Positions 25,086 to 37,067 of a DNA stretch of 64,000 nucleotides are shown here, piece by piece. Made by a program: the position numbers and the translations under genes. The stretch's first letter is position 1. Each line of letters opens with the position of its first letter. The notes under the pieces are model-generated. The model saw only the letters and a program-made list of their open reading frames with translations. It was not told the origin of the DNA and did no database searches. The stretch is from Geosiphon pyriformis uo1 (Eukaryota; Fungi; Glomeromycota), in the NCBI GenBank assembly GCA_016748015.1, contig JAAOMT010000128.1, forward strand, positions 503,538 through 567,537, read 5' to 3'.

Positions 25086-28000
25086 ATGAGGTATAGTACA
25101 TCCAACTTCAAATTAGAACAGAATATTGTCAATAATAATAGGGACTATCAATGTTAGAGGACTTAACAATCCTGGCAAAGCTGAAGAGGTATTACAGTAG
25201 ATTAAGGAAGAACAGTTTGATTTTGTGGTCATTACAGAAACTAAACTGACCCCAATCAAAGAAAAAAGTGTGTTTTTTGGTACTGAGGAATACCATGCCT
25301 TTTGGGAATCAAGCACTAAGAAACAAATGGGAACTGGAGTGAGCATACTGGTTAGAAAATGTTGAACTCACCATGTGGAGGTAATCAGGAGTTATCATGA
25401 GAGATTATTGCATCTGGTACTGTACACATGGTTGGGTTGTACATGCCTGCATCAAAAGCACCTACTGAAAAGACAGTTGCAAAAGAGATCAGAAAGCTTT
25501 TAGCAGACATTGTGCAAAACAAAGAAATTGTCATAGTGGCAGGCGATTTGAATGAAGATCTGGCAGCTAAATCACTTGAAGAAACAATTGCCATGAACAA
25601 AGAAAAAAAATGTTCCACTACAACATTACTGCAACAGATAAATCTAGTGGATATACATGGAATGTATGCAGTAAACAATCTAGATAACACATGGACAGTA
25701 AATGGAGTACAAAGAAGATTAGATTATGTGTTTACTGATGTTGTTACAGTCTCATTGGTTACAAATATTGGGGTGATTAATGTTAATGAATCATTTAGCA
25801 CTGATCACAAAGCAGTGGTGACAATCATCAGATCTGATAGAATCTTGGCAGGCATTAAAAAATCTAAATCTGGAAGAAAGAAGTGTAGCACAACTATGAT
25901 TGATGTTAAAAAGGCATCTGGAGTCCAATGGAAGATCTATGCTAAAGAAACTGATTGACTAACAGATGAAGCACAAAAAAAATTGATAGATAACAGCAAT
26001 GATGATCTAAATCTGATGTGGTTTACAATCAAGGAGACTGTATTACAAGCTGCTGAGTGCTTACCAAAAAGGAAAGTGGGAGCCTGATCTGCACACACAA
26101 AAAAAGAATGCATGGATCACAAGCTTGTTAAGATTGTCACTGATATAATCAAACAAATAAGAATAAACAATGCAGATATGCATAATAACAATATTATGCA
26201 GCTTTTGGCCAAATGGAAACAATTGAAACCTGAGACAGTTATTGCATATCTGATGACTCTTCCAAAAGATAAGCTTATTGTTGAATTACTAAGCATCAAG
26301 AAAAAATACAGATCTACACTGTGTGCTAGGATCAGATTACAACAGCAAAGGCAGATAGTGAACAATATCATCAAAAGACAACAGAACTTTGAGCTAAACA
26401 AAGAAGCAATGATCTTTTTTTTTTTTTTTGTTAATGTGTAGCCACACTGGTCATTTATTAGTTAGTTCACAGTAATGTGGTAGTTTTATAAAGCCAGCTC
26501 ACCCAATAATACATATTACAAGATGCGGCTAACCACAAGTGGAAAGTTCTAACTATATGCTAGTACTATCTTTGCTATCTAATGTATTAAACATATCTAA
26601 TTCATACATCTTACCCATAATGCATACCAGTTCATGATTACTCTTAACAAGACTGCTCATCCACTTAGCCGTCTGATCTGGATTGAACTTGATATTAGAG
26701 GATTGAACCTCCCATAACTCCATCATTACATCAAATGTATCATCATAGACCAAAAAATCTTTAGCATCACCATCATCATCATCCATGTCATCATCATCAG
26801 ATATGTTATAGTGTACTTTCCCACTCCTCAACTTGAGGGCCCCCACTTCTTTTTGTAGCACAGAAGCCACAGCATGAACAGCCTTAATTTGGTTTCCCAA
26901 TCCAATCACACTTTCCTTCATTGCCTCTGCTATAACTGGTGGAGTAGACAATAATGTAGTAACCAATGCAACCAAAGAATCTGCAGACTCAACTATAGAT
27001 TTGATCAACAAAGACAGTTCACTAAGTTGGGTTTCCAGAGAAGCCAATCTAGCATTAACAGCAACATCTGAACCAGAGGAGGCAACTGGCAACAGCAGCA
27101 CCACAACTTTGGGGGAGGTACTGAAAGCCAGACTCGTATTAGCAGCAGCAGCAACAGGAGGAACCACAGAGGTGGCAGCTTTGGCATAGGATTTAGCTCC
27201 AACAAGAGATAACTTAAGAAAGATGGGACCACCAGCAGAATTAGAAGAGAGTTTGGGAGGGAGAGATGGCAACACCTTGCAGTCCACAGCCAAATGATCC
27301 AAACTTTGACATCTATAGTAGTGATGACATCCAGGAGTTTTCCACCAGATGCGGCAGCCACGTAAGGTACCAGTTTTTGAAACAGCAGCATTTAAAGATT
27401 CCAAGGAATCAAAGGTCACCACAGCAAAGCGTTGACATTGATAGAAATTAGGGGAGCGGAGAATGAAACATGTACAGCCACCAACTTGGGAGACCAGATC
27501 ACTTATCTCAAATGCAGTGCAGCCAAATGGAAGATTAACCAGCTTAGCTTTGAAAGCATCTCTTGAGGAGATAACCTCCTTTTGGTTGGCAATAGGAAGA
27601 ATCCTAACACTATCTTTTCTGACCAACACAGACCAGTTAGAGAGAGCAGCAGCAGCAGAAGAAATGTCCTTAAAGTTAACCACAACATATTGCCATAAGC
27701 CAGCAGGCTTCAACTTAACAGAAGTGACAACACAAAAAATGCCAAGAGCAGATTTGATGTCATCAGAAGAGGCACCCAAGGGTACATCGTGCAGTGCAAC
27801 TGACAAAGAAGAGGTAGAAACAGAGGCCACTCCTGAAGACCATGCAATTTTAAAAGTGGTCAAAAAAACCTCATCACCAATGGCCACTTTGGTAGCACCG
27901 TTTAGACACTCCTGAGATGCAAATTCCACACAGAACAACTTGACAGCATCTCGTGAAACAGATTTAAGCCCAATACAACCAGGCATCAACTGAAACAAAG

Positions 28001-31000
28001 AACTGAGCAAAGCCATCTTAATCTTAAATGTAGCACCAGGTACAAGATTGGAGGCCACCCAACCAGAGAACCTTTGATGTCCATTCACATTCTTCCAAGC
28101 ACCAGCATTAGATGCACCAGAAACTGGGGGGGCACAGATGATTCCATTTCCATCTGATCAGCCCAATCTTTGAGATCATCTGGATTGATAGACTGTTTTG
28201 CTATTGGGATTGGCGATGATCTGCCGGAGAGTACCACATCAGACAACACAGCCAGTGGTTGATCTTGGCCCAACTTGGGAGATGTGCCACTGCTGTTGCC
28301 ATTCATATCAAGAATAGGGCTGGCTGCTGCTGTGGAAATCTTACTGAAGATCTCATCTGGAACCACAAAGGGGTTTGGTGTGACCATAGCAGTTGCGACT
28401 GCCTGCTACTGTTTTTTGGAATTTTTGGCTTTCATGGCCATTTGTGAAGCAGTAGTAGTAGAAGTAATAGTGGGAGTGGTGAGAGCAGAAAAGACCAACT
28501 TGTTGACTGGTCTGTTATTAAAAATCTTTGGGCTTTTTGAAGTAGTGGAGACAACACTGGGACTAACCCGAGTGTGTTTTTTTGAAGGAACTTTGACTGG
28601 GAAAGAACTACCAGCCAAAGGTAAAGAAAATGAACCAGAAGCTGCTAAAGGCAGCTTATTACTATTATTTTTTAAAGGAAATGTTGCCAGAACATTTTGT
28701 CTAGCTGCTTCAATAACAGAGAGACCCTCTCATGTTGAAACTTTATTAGTTACTATAGGAAAAGTAACGTTTGCAACTTTTTTACTCTTAGCTCTATTCG
28801 TGGTTATGAAATTTAGGAGAGAAAGAGTTTTTTTTTTTTTTCTAAGAAGCAATGATCAAAAGCATTCTGAACAGGAAAAAGCAAAGGATAGTATTGGACC
28901 ATATTATAGAAAAAGGCGAATTTCATGATGATCCTGATGAAATCAAAAAGCTAGTAAACAAAAAAGCTCAAGGGTAGACTAGAACAAGATTTCTTGAACC
29001 TGAACTATGGAAAAATTGGGAACACAGGTTTAGGCCAATTGAGAGCATCCCAGATAATGCTTTTGATGGTGTGATGACTGAAATAACAATTGAGAAATTT
29101 GACCACACATTAAGCCACACACCCCACAACAAAGCTCCTGGCCCATCAGGCATACAAGCTGAACTTTGGAAGAAGTCTGGTCCTAACACCAAGTCTAAAC
29201 TGAGAACATTGCTTAAAGCTTGCATAGAAGCAGCAAACATGCCTAAGGAGTGGAGAATAGCACAGGTCATACTGATTCCAAAGCCAAAAGAATGGGGTGG
29301 CAATATTGACATCACCAGGCTGATCACACTAATTGAAAGCACTAGAAAAATCTTAACAAAGATTCTAACTGCAAGAATATCAAAAGCATATGAGCTTCAC
29401 AAAGTTTTAAAAGGGTATAACACCTCAGTTTTGAAGAATACATCTCCAGCAGTGCCAATTCATGTAATCAATGCTGTTGCTGAGCATGCAAGAGAATTTG
29501 ATAATGAGGCTTGGTTTACATTTCAGGACATGAAAAAAGCATACGACTTAGTGGGATGGAAACCCATGGAAGCTGCACTAAGGAGGATCAAAATGAACAA
29601 TAGGTTTACTGGGCTATTTGGCTTAATACACAACAATAGAAGTAATAGGATCATAACTGAATTTGGGTTAAGTGACAAATATCAAGTACAAGATGGATTA
29701 GATCAAGGGGAAACAAGCTCACCCATCATGTGGAGGATTTTTTATGACCCCTTACTGTGTGAAGTAAAACAAGCAAATTACAGCCAGGGATACCAATTAA
29801 CAGCTGAATGGAAAAAGTGGGACAATCAACCAAACACACAATCCCTGATAGCATCAGTAAACCACCTTGCCTTTGTTGATGACACAGTGTGGATAGCTAA
29901 CTCAAGACAAGGGATGCAGAGTATTCTAAACACTGCCAGCTTCTTTTTTAGAATGGTGGATATTAAGATCAACTTAGATAAGACTGAAACAATGGTGATC
30001 AGACCCTTCAAGAGGAAATTAGTGTTAGTTGAGCCACTAAAATTTGGTCCAAACAAACAAGCCTTAAGATTGCTGAACTCATCTACATGCACCTGATATT
30101 TGGGAGTATGGATTCGAGTAGATGGAAAAAATGAGACTGTGCTGAATATGATAAGTTCTAACATTAAAGCAGTGTGTGGGATTATTAGGAAAAAACACAT
30201 CACTAAGAAACAGGCAATTTACATTTTCAACAGTGTACTCAGTCCAGCAATAGAATTTAGATCTCAATTAACCCATATACCAAATAGTTGGACCAAAAGA
30301 TGGAACTCAAAGATCTCAGCCACTGTAAAGAAGAAAGCAAATCTTTCAGTAGATTTCCCAGCCAGTGCTATGCATTACACATCTTTGTACAACTTATTTA
30401 AAATTGATGATATACAGGCGAAAAGCAAGATCACAGATTTGTTGGTTAGATTAAACAGTAATAATATTGCTAGAAGGGCTACAAAAATCAGACTAGTCAA
30501 CTTGCAGGCACAGAGATGGTCAGCTCATAATATACTTGAATATCCCACTGATGAACAATCTAAGCCAGGAGTTAATCTAATAGCTAATATCATGCAGATA
30601 ATGAATGAAAAAGGCATCTCATTCAAAAGCTCTGGTAACATATATGGGGTGCCTAAATCCTCAAGACCACATGCACATTTAATTGAGACAATTATAACTC
30701 CAGATGTGGCCTACACTAAAGTTAGAGGTTTACTGAGGAAAGAGAACATTTTGTATTTACATCAGGTTCAGACCAAAGACAGATCATTGATGACATGGAT
30801 GGACTTCACAAGGAAGTGACAGTGGTAGAATTCCCAAATGGTTTAAGATTGTAGAATCCACAATCATTATGGATGAGCACAGAAACATTAATATAGCCCA
30901 ATGTGAAGCAGAAGGGATGCACAAAATAGATTACCAGATACCAGATGACCTAGATACAATACAAAGAGACTCTATTTACATCCAAATTCCTAATGCTTTA

Positions 31001-32399
31001 TTACCACAATGGAGGAAGATGCAAGATAAGTTGAAGCTCAGAAAGGAAATAGAAATATCAACAGATGGGTCACTGGTAAAAGCTGGGTCTGAGGAGGCTA
31101 GAGGAGCAGCTGCTTTTGTTACACATGGAATAGAGGCCAACTTTGGTGTAGCAGTGAATGGAACATTATCATCAACAAAAACTGAGGCAAAAACTGTATT
31201 ATTGGCTTTGAAAGCAGTGCCTTACAAATGCAAACTGACATTGAACACAGATAGTCAGGCAGTAGTGTTAACAGTGCAAAAATAGTTGTCCAAAGATTAT
31301 CCCTTGTCTATTAGGAATCAGCTTAAAACTCCTAACTGGCACACATGGAATGCAATTAAAGCAGTGATAGGGGAAAAAAGAATTAATCTGATCATAAACA
31401 AAGTGGCTGCACACACAGATATATTTGAAAATGAGATGGCTGACAAATTAGCCAAAGAAGCTACTACTTTTAACACAGTAGAGTGGGCGTACAATGCTGA
31501 AAACATCAGTTACATCTCCTATTGAATATCAGACATTTTCTGAGCCAACAGACTGGTATTCAAGGAGCCTTGGATTAGATGGGCAATGACAAAGTACAAG
31601 AAACAGTAGGGACCTTAGACCAAAGGGTAGACTGGAAGAGCACAACCAAAGTGTGGAACTGGGATGATAAAATGTCATTAGGCTTCACCTCAGCTGGTTC
31701 TTCAGCAATGTGTACATTTATTATGAAAACATTTCACAACATGTTGCCAACAGCAGAAGTGCTATACAACAGACGTTCTTTAGTGTATAAGAACAACCTG
31801 TGCAAAATATGCCACACAGAAGTTGTACTAATCAACACTTTTGGGAATGCTCTCTGAATACTCAAAAGGACAAGATGCTGATAGATAATGTGAGGAATGA
31901 GTGGATACAGTGCTTATCAAAGACTGTAAGAGGGAAACATATAATCTTAAATCCTAGTAAGAGGGTTGTTCTGTCTAATGAGTACATTAGGACAATGCCC
32001 AACATAGATCTGCTATGCAAAGGACTGATCAATAAGCAATTTGGATGGATCAATGCTTTTGCTGATATTGATCAGAGGGCTAATGATAATATCCTAATTA
32101 AGGTGTGTAAATGGGCTGTGACTCAAGCAAGGAATAGACTATGTAAGGAACATTGTAGGGTACAAACTAAATGGGAAAAAATTATGGGTATTGATAACAG
32201 AATTAAGAAAAATCTATCACAGGTGACCAGTATACACCAATCATTTAGAAGTAGTAATAAGAGTAGTGATAACTCCAATAGTAAAATGGGTGATGGATTC
32301 CAATGCTGTAATATGATATTAACTGATGTTTTGGGTAGTAAAGTTACTTTAGGTGGTGGTGTGATATCCCTTGGGAATTTTGGTTATACTAGTGTGTAG
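25086..32399 (+). pseudogene. LINE ORF2: AP endonuclease - RT - RNase H - C-terminal zinc finger (25086-26414 + 28858-32399)
   Basis: TINVRGLN, AGDLN, RLDYVF, STDH (APE); KAPGPSG, FQDMKKAYD, QGETSSP, AFVDDT (RT); STDGS, DSQ, NEMAD (RNase H); CKIC..HFWEC. Confidence 0.95.
26415..28843 (-). mobile_element. ORF1-only non-LTR retroelement copy 2, complete
   Basis: Perfect 14-bp TSD AAGAAGCAATGATC at 26401-26414 and 28844-28857; poly(A); single frameshifted ORF ~28809-26553. Confidence 0.95.
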
Positions 32400-33590
32400 T
32401 TAGGCATAGCCACTTTGTGGTTAGCCACATTTTGTAATTTAGATTATTGGGTGAGTTAGCTTTATAAAAAAGCTGTGCCTTTAAGCATGGCTAAACTAAT
32501 AAAAGACCAGCATGGCTACACATTAACAAAAAAAAAAAAAAAAAAAGAGCAGAAAAGACCAACTTGTTGACTGGTCTGTTATTAAAAATCTTTGGACTTT
32601 TTGAAGTGGTAGAAACAACACTGGGACTAACCTGAGTGTGTCTTTTTGAAGGAACTTTAACTGGAGAAGAACTTTCAGTCAAAGGAAAAAAAAATGAACC
32701 AGAAGCTGCTAAAGACAGCTTTTCACTAATGTTTTTTAAAGGAAATATAGCCAGAACGTTTTGTTTAGCTGCTTCAATAACAGAGAGACTCTTTCATGTT
32801 AAAACTTTATTAGTTACAATAGGAAAAGTAACGTTTGCAACTTTTTTACTCTTAGCTCTAGTCACAGTTATAAAATTTAGGAGAGAAAAAGTTTTTGTTT
32901 AATTTTAGAACCCGAGGTCCTAGTGAAGTGGTAACTGAATATGCTAAAGCTATTAGAAAGTTAATTAAAAGAGTAGACTCTGAAAGAAACTGGACAGAAA
33001 AGCAAAAGATTCATTCCTTTACAAAAGGATTGAAAACAGATCTGTCCTATGCTCTTTGGCCCATTCTGGCTCTAAAAAACAATCTCACAATAAACATAGC
33101 CTTTGAACTTGCCCAGCAAATTGAAGACAACCAAAGGATGCACTTGGGATCCACACTTCCAGTTTTTGCTCCTGCTTCTGTTATGGCTCCTGCTCTCCAA
33201 ATGGCTGCTACCTCTTTTGCTGCCCAAACTCAAGACTCAAATGAATAGTTAATAGATAAACTTATAGCTAATCTTGCCTGGTTACTGGAACCCTTAGCTC
33301 AAGCAGTCAGAAAGAATCAACAACTCCAAAGACCCAGATTTGAACTCTGTATTAATCAACCCCAGCAACCCCCTTACCAAAGACAACAAAATTGTGTGCT
33401 ACCACTGTGGATTAACTGGATATTTCTCAAAAGATTGCAACAATCTTCCTTTGCCTCCTCCAGCTCCCAGAAACAATAACAATCAAAACAACAGAACTAT
33501 CAATAACAATGTCCCCTACCAAAGACCCAATCATGCCAACATCAATTTCTTTGGAGAGGATTCTCTAGTTGAAGCTACTGTTTATCAGCC

Positions 33591-33638
33591 TTTAAACTGG
33601 TAGGTGCACCTCCAAAGGGTGAGAGTGCAAGCCAACCA
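33591..33638 (+). promoter_or_regulatory. Putative -1 ribosomal frameshift signal (T TTA AAC + stem-loop) at the family-B gag/pol junction
   Basis: The heptamer is in the gag frame, followed by TGG TAG (gag stop); a -1 slip opens LVGAPPKGESASQPEEN. Also at 22385-22391 (-) and 58346-58352. Confidence 0.8.
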
Positions 33639-33974
33639 GAAGAAAACTCCTTTTATGCTTTTAACCTAACTGATGATGATCATAATATGGATGAACTAGC
33701 AATTAACACCTCTGAATCAACCAGAAAGAAGAAGAAAGCCAAGATTAATTTTGTTCTGGACCCAAACAAAGCATCCAAATCATCTGCTGATAACAATGAG
33801 CCACCAAAGACTAAGGTTTTTAAAAATTCTCCAAAGTTGGAACTCCCAGAAATTGTACAAAAATCTGGACCCTATTCTGTTATTAAAGATCTCATGGAAA
33901 CCCAGCACACATTACATTTGGCCAACTGATAACCCATCCACAGTTCAGAAAAGATCTTCACAAATCATTGATAC

Positions 33975-34746
33975 TGTTATGGTTGAAACTCATAGTTTTT
34001 ATTAGTTATCACATGTATTAGCCACTGATGTCATATAATTAACCACCCTATTTTTAAATAGTGATCATTGACCTGATCAATGACCTGACTGTTGACCTGA
34101 TCATTGACCTGATTATTGACCTGATCAATGACCTGATCATTGACCTGATTATTGACCTGATCAATGACCTGATTATTGACCTGATCATTGACCTGATCAT
34201 TGACCTGGTCGTTGACCACTTTCAATAGATATATAAGTGATGAGTCTCTTAGCTGTAAAAAAATATCAATATAAGGAATCAAGACAATCAAAGAAATAAA
34301 AATAACAAACTTCCATCTCAAACATTCTCTTATCGCTAATTTCCCTTTTCCTACCTTTAAGTATCTGAACATCTTTTGGATAAAAGATTACTTATTGGCA
34401 CTTTCCTGAAACATGTAATTGCAGTATTTGAAGATTATTTAAATAAACATGACTGAAGAGCACAAGTTGATACCTGATATCGAATTCTAAGAGTGCTGAC
34501 ATAAGGCATAGAATTATACCAGTGGTTATCAATTGTTGACAGTACAGACTATCCCTCTACCTTCAGATTCTCCAGTTACCTTTGAAAAGAATAGCAACTG
34601 AGATATTTTATGAGACTGATCTCGCACATTGAATCCATACTCATTCAATTCACTCTTTAAAGTTGAATTCCCCTTTGATTATTTCCATCACTCTACAATC
34701 CTGTTCTCTCTTGCTATTCATTAGCTTGTTACTCCAACCCATAACA
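33975..34746 (+). mobile_element. Family-B solo LTR with 4-bp TSD ATAC, inserted in family-B pol
   Basis: ATAC at 33971-33974 and 34747-34750; the host frame KSLI|PKKK rejoins across it. Confidence 0.96.
34067..34217 (+). repeat. 12-bp tandem array (TTGACCTGATCA-like) in the LTR U3
   Basis: About a dozen units here, giving the spurious VNDQ-repeat ORF; copy number differs among B LTRs. Confidence 0.93.
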
Positions 34747-34750
34747 ATAC

Positions 34751-37003
34751 CAAAGAAGAAGACACCAAAGACCAACAAATGTCCTTGCCAAGCTGGACTT
34801 GCTGATAACAGCAATGTCACCCCTTTGATTTGTAAAGCCCAAGTGGCTGGTTACTTCATTGATCTGATTCTAGACAGTGGATCATCTGTTAGTGTAATTG
34901 CCAAACATTTTCTTGAAGCAATTGGCAGAAAGATTGATGAGCCTTCCACAAGACCAATGACTAACGTACATGGTGACAAGAAGAAAGGCCTGGGCATAGC
35001 CAAAGCTATTCCTGTTTGCATCAATGGTATTAGCATTGAAACAGATATGGAAGTATCTGAAGCAAAAGAGTACACCATCATTGTTGGTAATAAATGGCTT
35101 AAAAAAGCCAAAGCACTACTTGACTATGAACTTTGTAAGCTAATCATCAGATGTGATGAGAAACCCATTGTGGTTAAATGCTAACATTGGACAACCCCTC
35201 CAGTATTCAAGCAGAACCAAGAAGAAGAACAATCAGATGAATCAAATAATGATAAGAGTGATGATGATGAAGATCAAGAAGAACTAGAAGAAACTGCTGA
35301 ACTCGCCTATACCATCTTCACCAGCAATTACAAGCCACTGGACAATGTTAAAGCTGACAAAGAAGGAATCATAGTAAATGGCTGGCCCTACTATGATATC
35401 CTCAGAAGAACCTTTGACAGAAAACCTAGCAAGAAAGCAAAATACAGTTATTGGTGGCATGACCCTTGTGCACAGTGCTGGTGTAATAAACCTTTGTATT
35501 CACCAAGTGATGAATGCAAATCCTGTCTAATCTACTACAAAGATTGGGAACCAATTAGCTTGATACCCAGAGAAGAACTTAAAGAAGTACAAAAGTCTTT
35601 TGAGAATGAACCACCTGAAATCCAATCACTAGTTATAAAACAAATTGAACCTTCCCCTGAAGAAAGAAAAGTGAACATTAAAAATCTGTTGGCTAGAAAT
35701 AGCCCAGTTATCTCAAAAAAAGGTGACACCCCTAAATGAACCCATGTGATATAACACACCATCACCACCAAAGAAACTTGCTCCATCCATTTGAAGCCTT
35801 ATCAATCCAATCGATGCAATGATAAACTGGATGAAAGATCTTGGATTCATACAAGAAACCAAGAGTAAATGGGCTTTTCCAGTTGTAGTGGTATCCAAAA
35901 AAGGTGGAACCCAACTAAATGCTATCACTATAAGAGACATGTACCCACTTCCCAAAATTGATGCAATACTAGATAAATTCAATAGTGCTGTTTTCTTCTC
36001 AACTATTGACTTAACTGCTGGATTCTGGCAAGTAGAAATGGATCCAGAAAGCAGAAAGAAAACTACCTTCATCACCAAGTATGGCATTTATGAATTCACT
36101 GTCATGCCTTTTGGTCTCACCAATGCTCCTCCCACCTTTCAATGCCTGATAGACAAAGTATTTGAATCAGTAAAAGAAAACTTTGTTCTGGTTTATTTGG
36201 ATGACATAATGGTATATTCAAAAACCTGGGATGAACATCTTGAACATTTACAGAAGATTTTTGACCTGCTCAGAAATACTGGCCTCAAGATAAACCCAAT
36301 CAAATCTTTCTTTGGACACCAATCCACCCAGTTTCTTGGTCATCTTGTTACAGAAAATGGAATCTTCTCTGACCCAGTTAAAGTTGAAAAAGTTCAGAAC
36401 ATTAGACAACCAATGAATGTTCCTGAACTATGCTCATTTCTTGGTTTGGCCTCTTACTATCACAAATTTATCAAAAATTTCTCCAAAATCGCTTTTCCTC
36501 TCAATCAGCTACTCAAAAAAAATGTCAATTATCATTGGGACACTCATCAACAAAAAGCTTTTGAATTTCTGAAGAAAAAACTTGTTACTGAACCAATTCT
36601 CAAACAACCTGATTTGGACCAACCTTTTATCCTCCACACTAATGCATCTGGCTATGGACTTGGTGCTGTTCTTTTACAGAAAGATGAAAATGGCAGAGAA
36701 CATGCCATAGCATATGCAAGTAGATCCCTCACACCAGCAGAAAAGAACTATTCAGTTACTGAACAAGAATGTCTAGCAGTAGTTTGGGCTACCAACTACT
36801 GGGATCAATATCTTCTTGGTGCAAAATTCTTAGTGGTAACAGATTATCAAGCCTTGGTTTGGTTGCATAAGAAAAAGAAGCTGGAACACAAAAGAATAAC
36901 TTACTGAATAGTCCACTTGGATGAATTCAACTATGATATTCAATACCACAAAGAAGCAAATCATCACAATGCTGACACTCTATTTAGACTTACCATCCAG
37001 TGA
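34751..37003 (+). pseudogene. Family-B pol (PR-RT-RH), copy 1
   Basis: LILDSGS, YLDD, HTNASGYGLG; ends LTIQ-TGA at 37001-37003. Confidence 0.95.
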
Positions 37004-37067
37004 CAGTACAACCTCTCAAACTAAACAAACTTAATTATTAGTAACACCTTTACAAACAAACACAATA

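Larger units (their letters stand above)
15477..25096 (+). pseudogene. LINE ORF1 (RRM-like + zinc knuckle), 15477-17368 + 24646-25096
   Basis: KKVLVRDIPLG..AVVEF, VKLVGLP..CAYIGF, decayed CxxCxxxxHxxxxC; collinear with ORF1 of LINE copy 2. Confidence 0.85.
15434..32545 (+). mobile_element. LINE copy 1 (ORF1 + APE-RT-RNaseH ORF2), 5'-complete, with two nested insertions
   Basis: 12-bp TSD AGAGCAGAAAAG at 15415-15426 and 32546-32557; poly(A) tail ~32528-32545. Confidence 0.93.
13332..32896 (-). mobile_element. ORF1-only non-LTR retroelement copy 1 (13332-15426 + 32558-32896), split by LINE copy 1
   Basis: Poly(A) at 13332-13351; 5' end at 32896; imperfect ~11-bp TSD aaaactcaagg (13321) / agaacccgagg (32907) in family-B gag. 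Confidence 0.88.

Noticed and set aside
34031-34372. ORF with VNDQ repeats; the 12-bp array as a possible CRISPR
   Set aside because: It is an antisense translation of the LTR tandem array. There are no unique spacers and no cas genes.
34540-34660. Functional intron-containing tRNA-Met gene in the LTR
   Set aside because: Only the anticodon arm and variable region match. No D arm, T arm or acceptor stem is recognisable.
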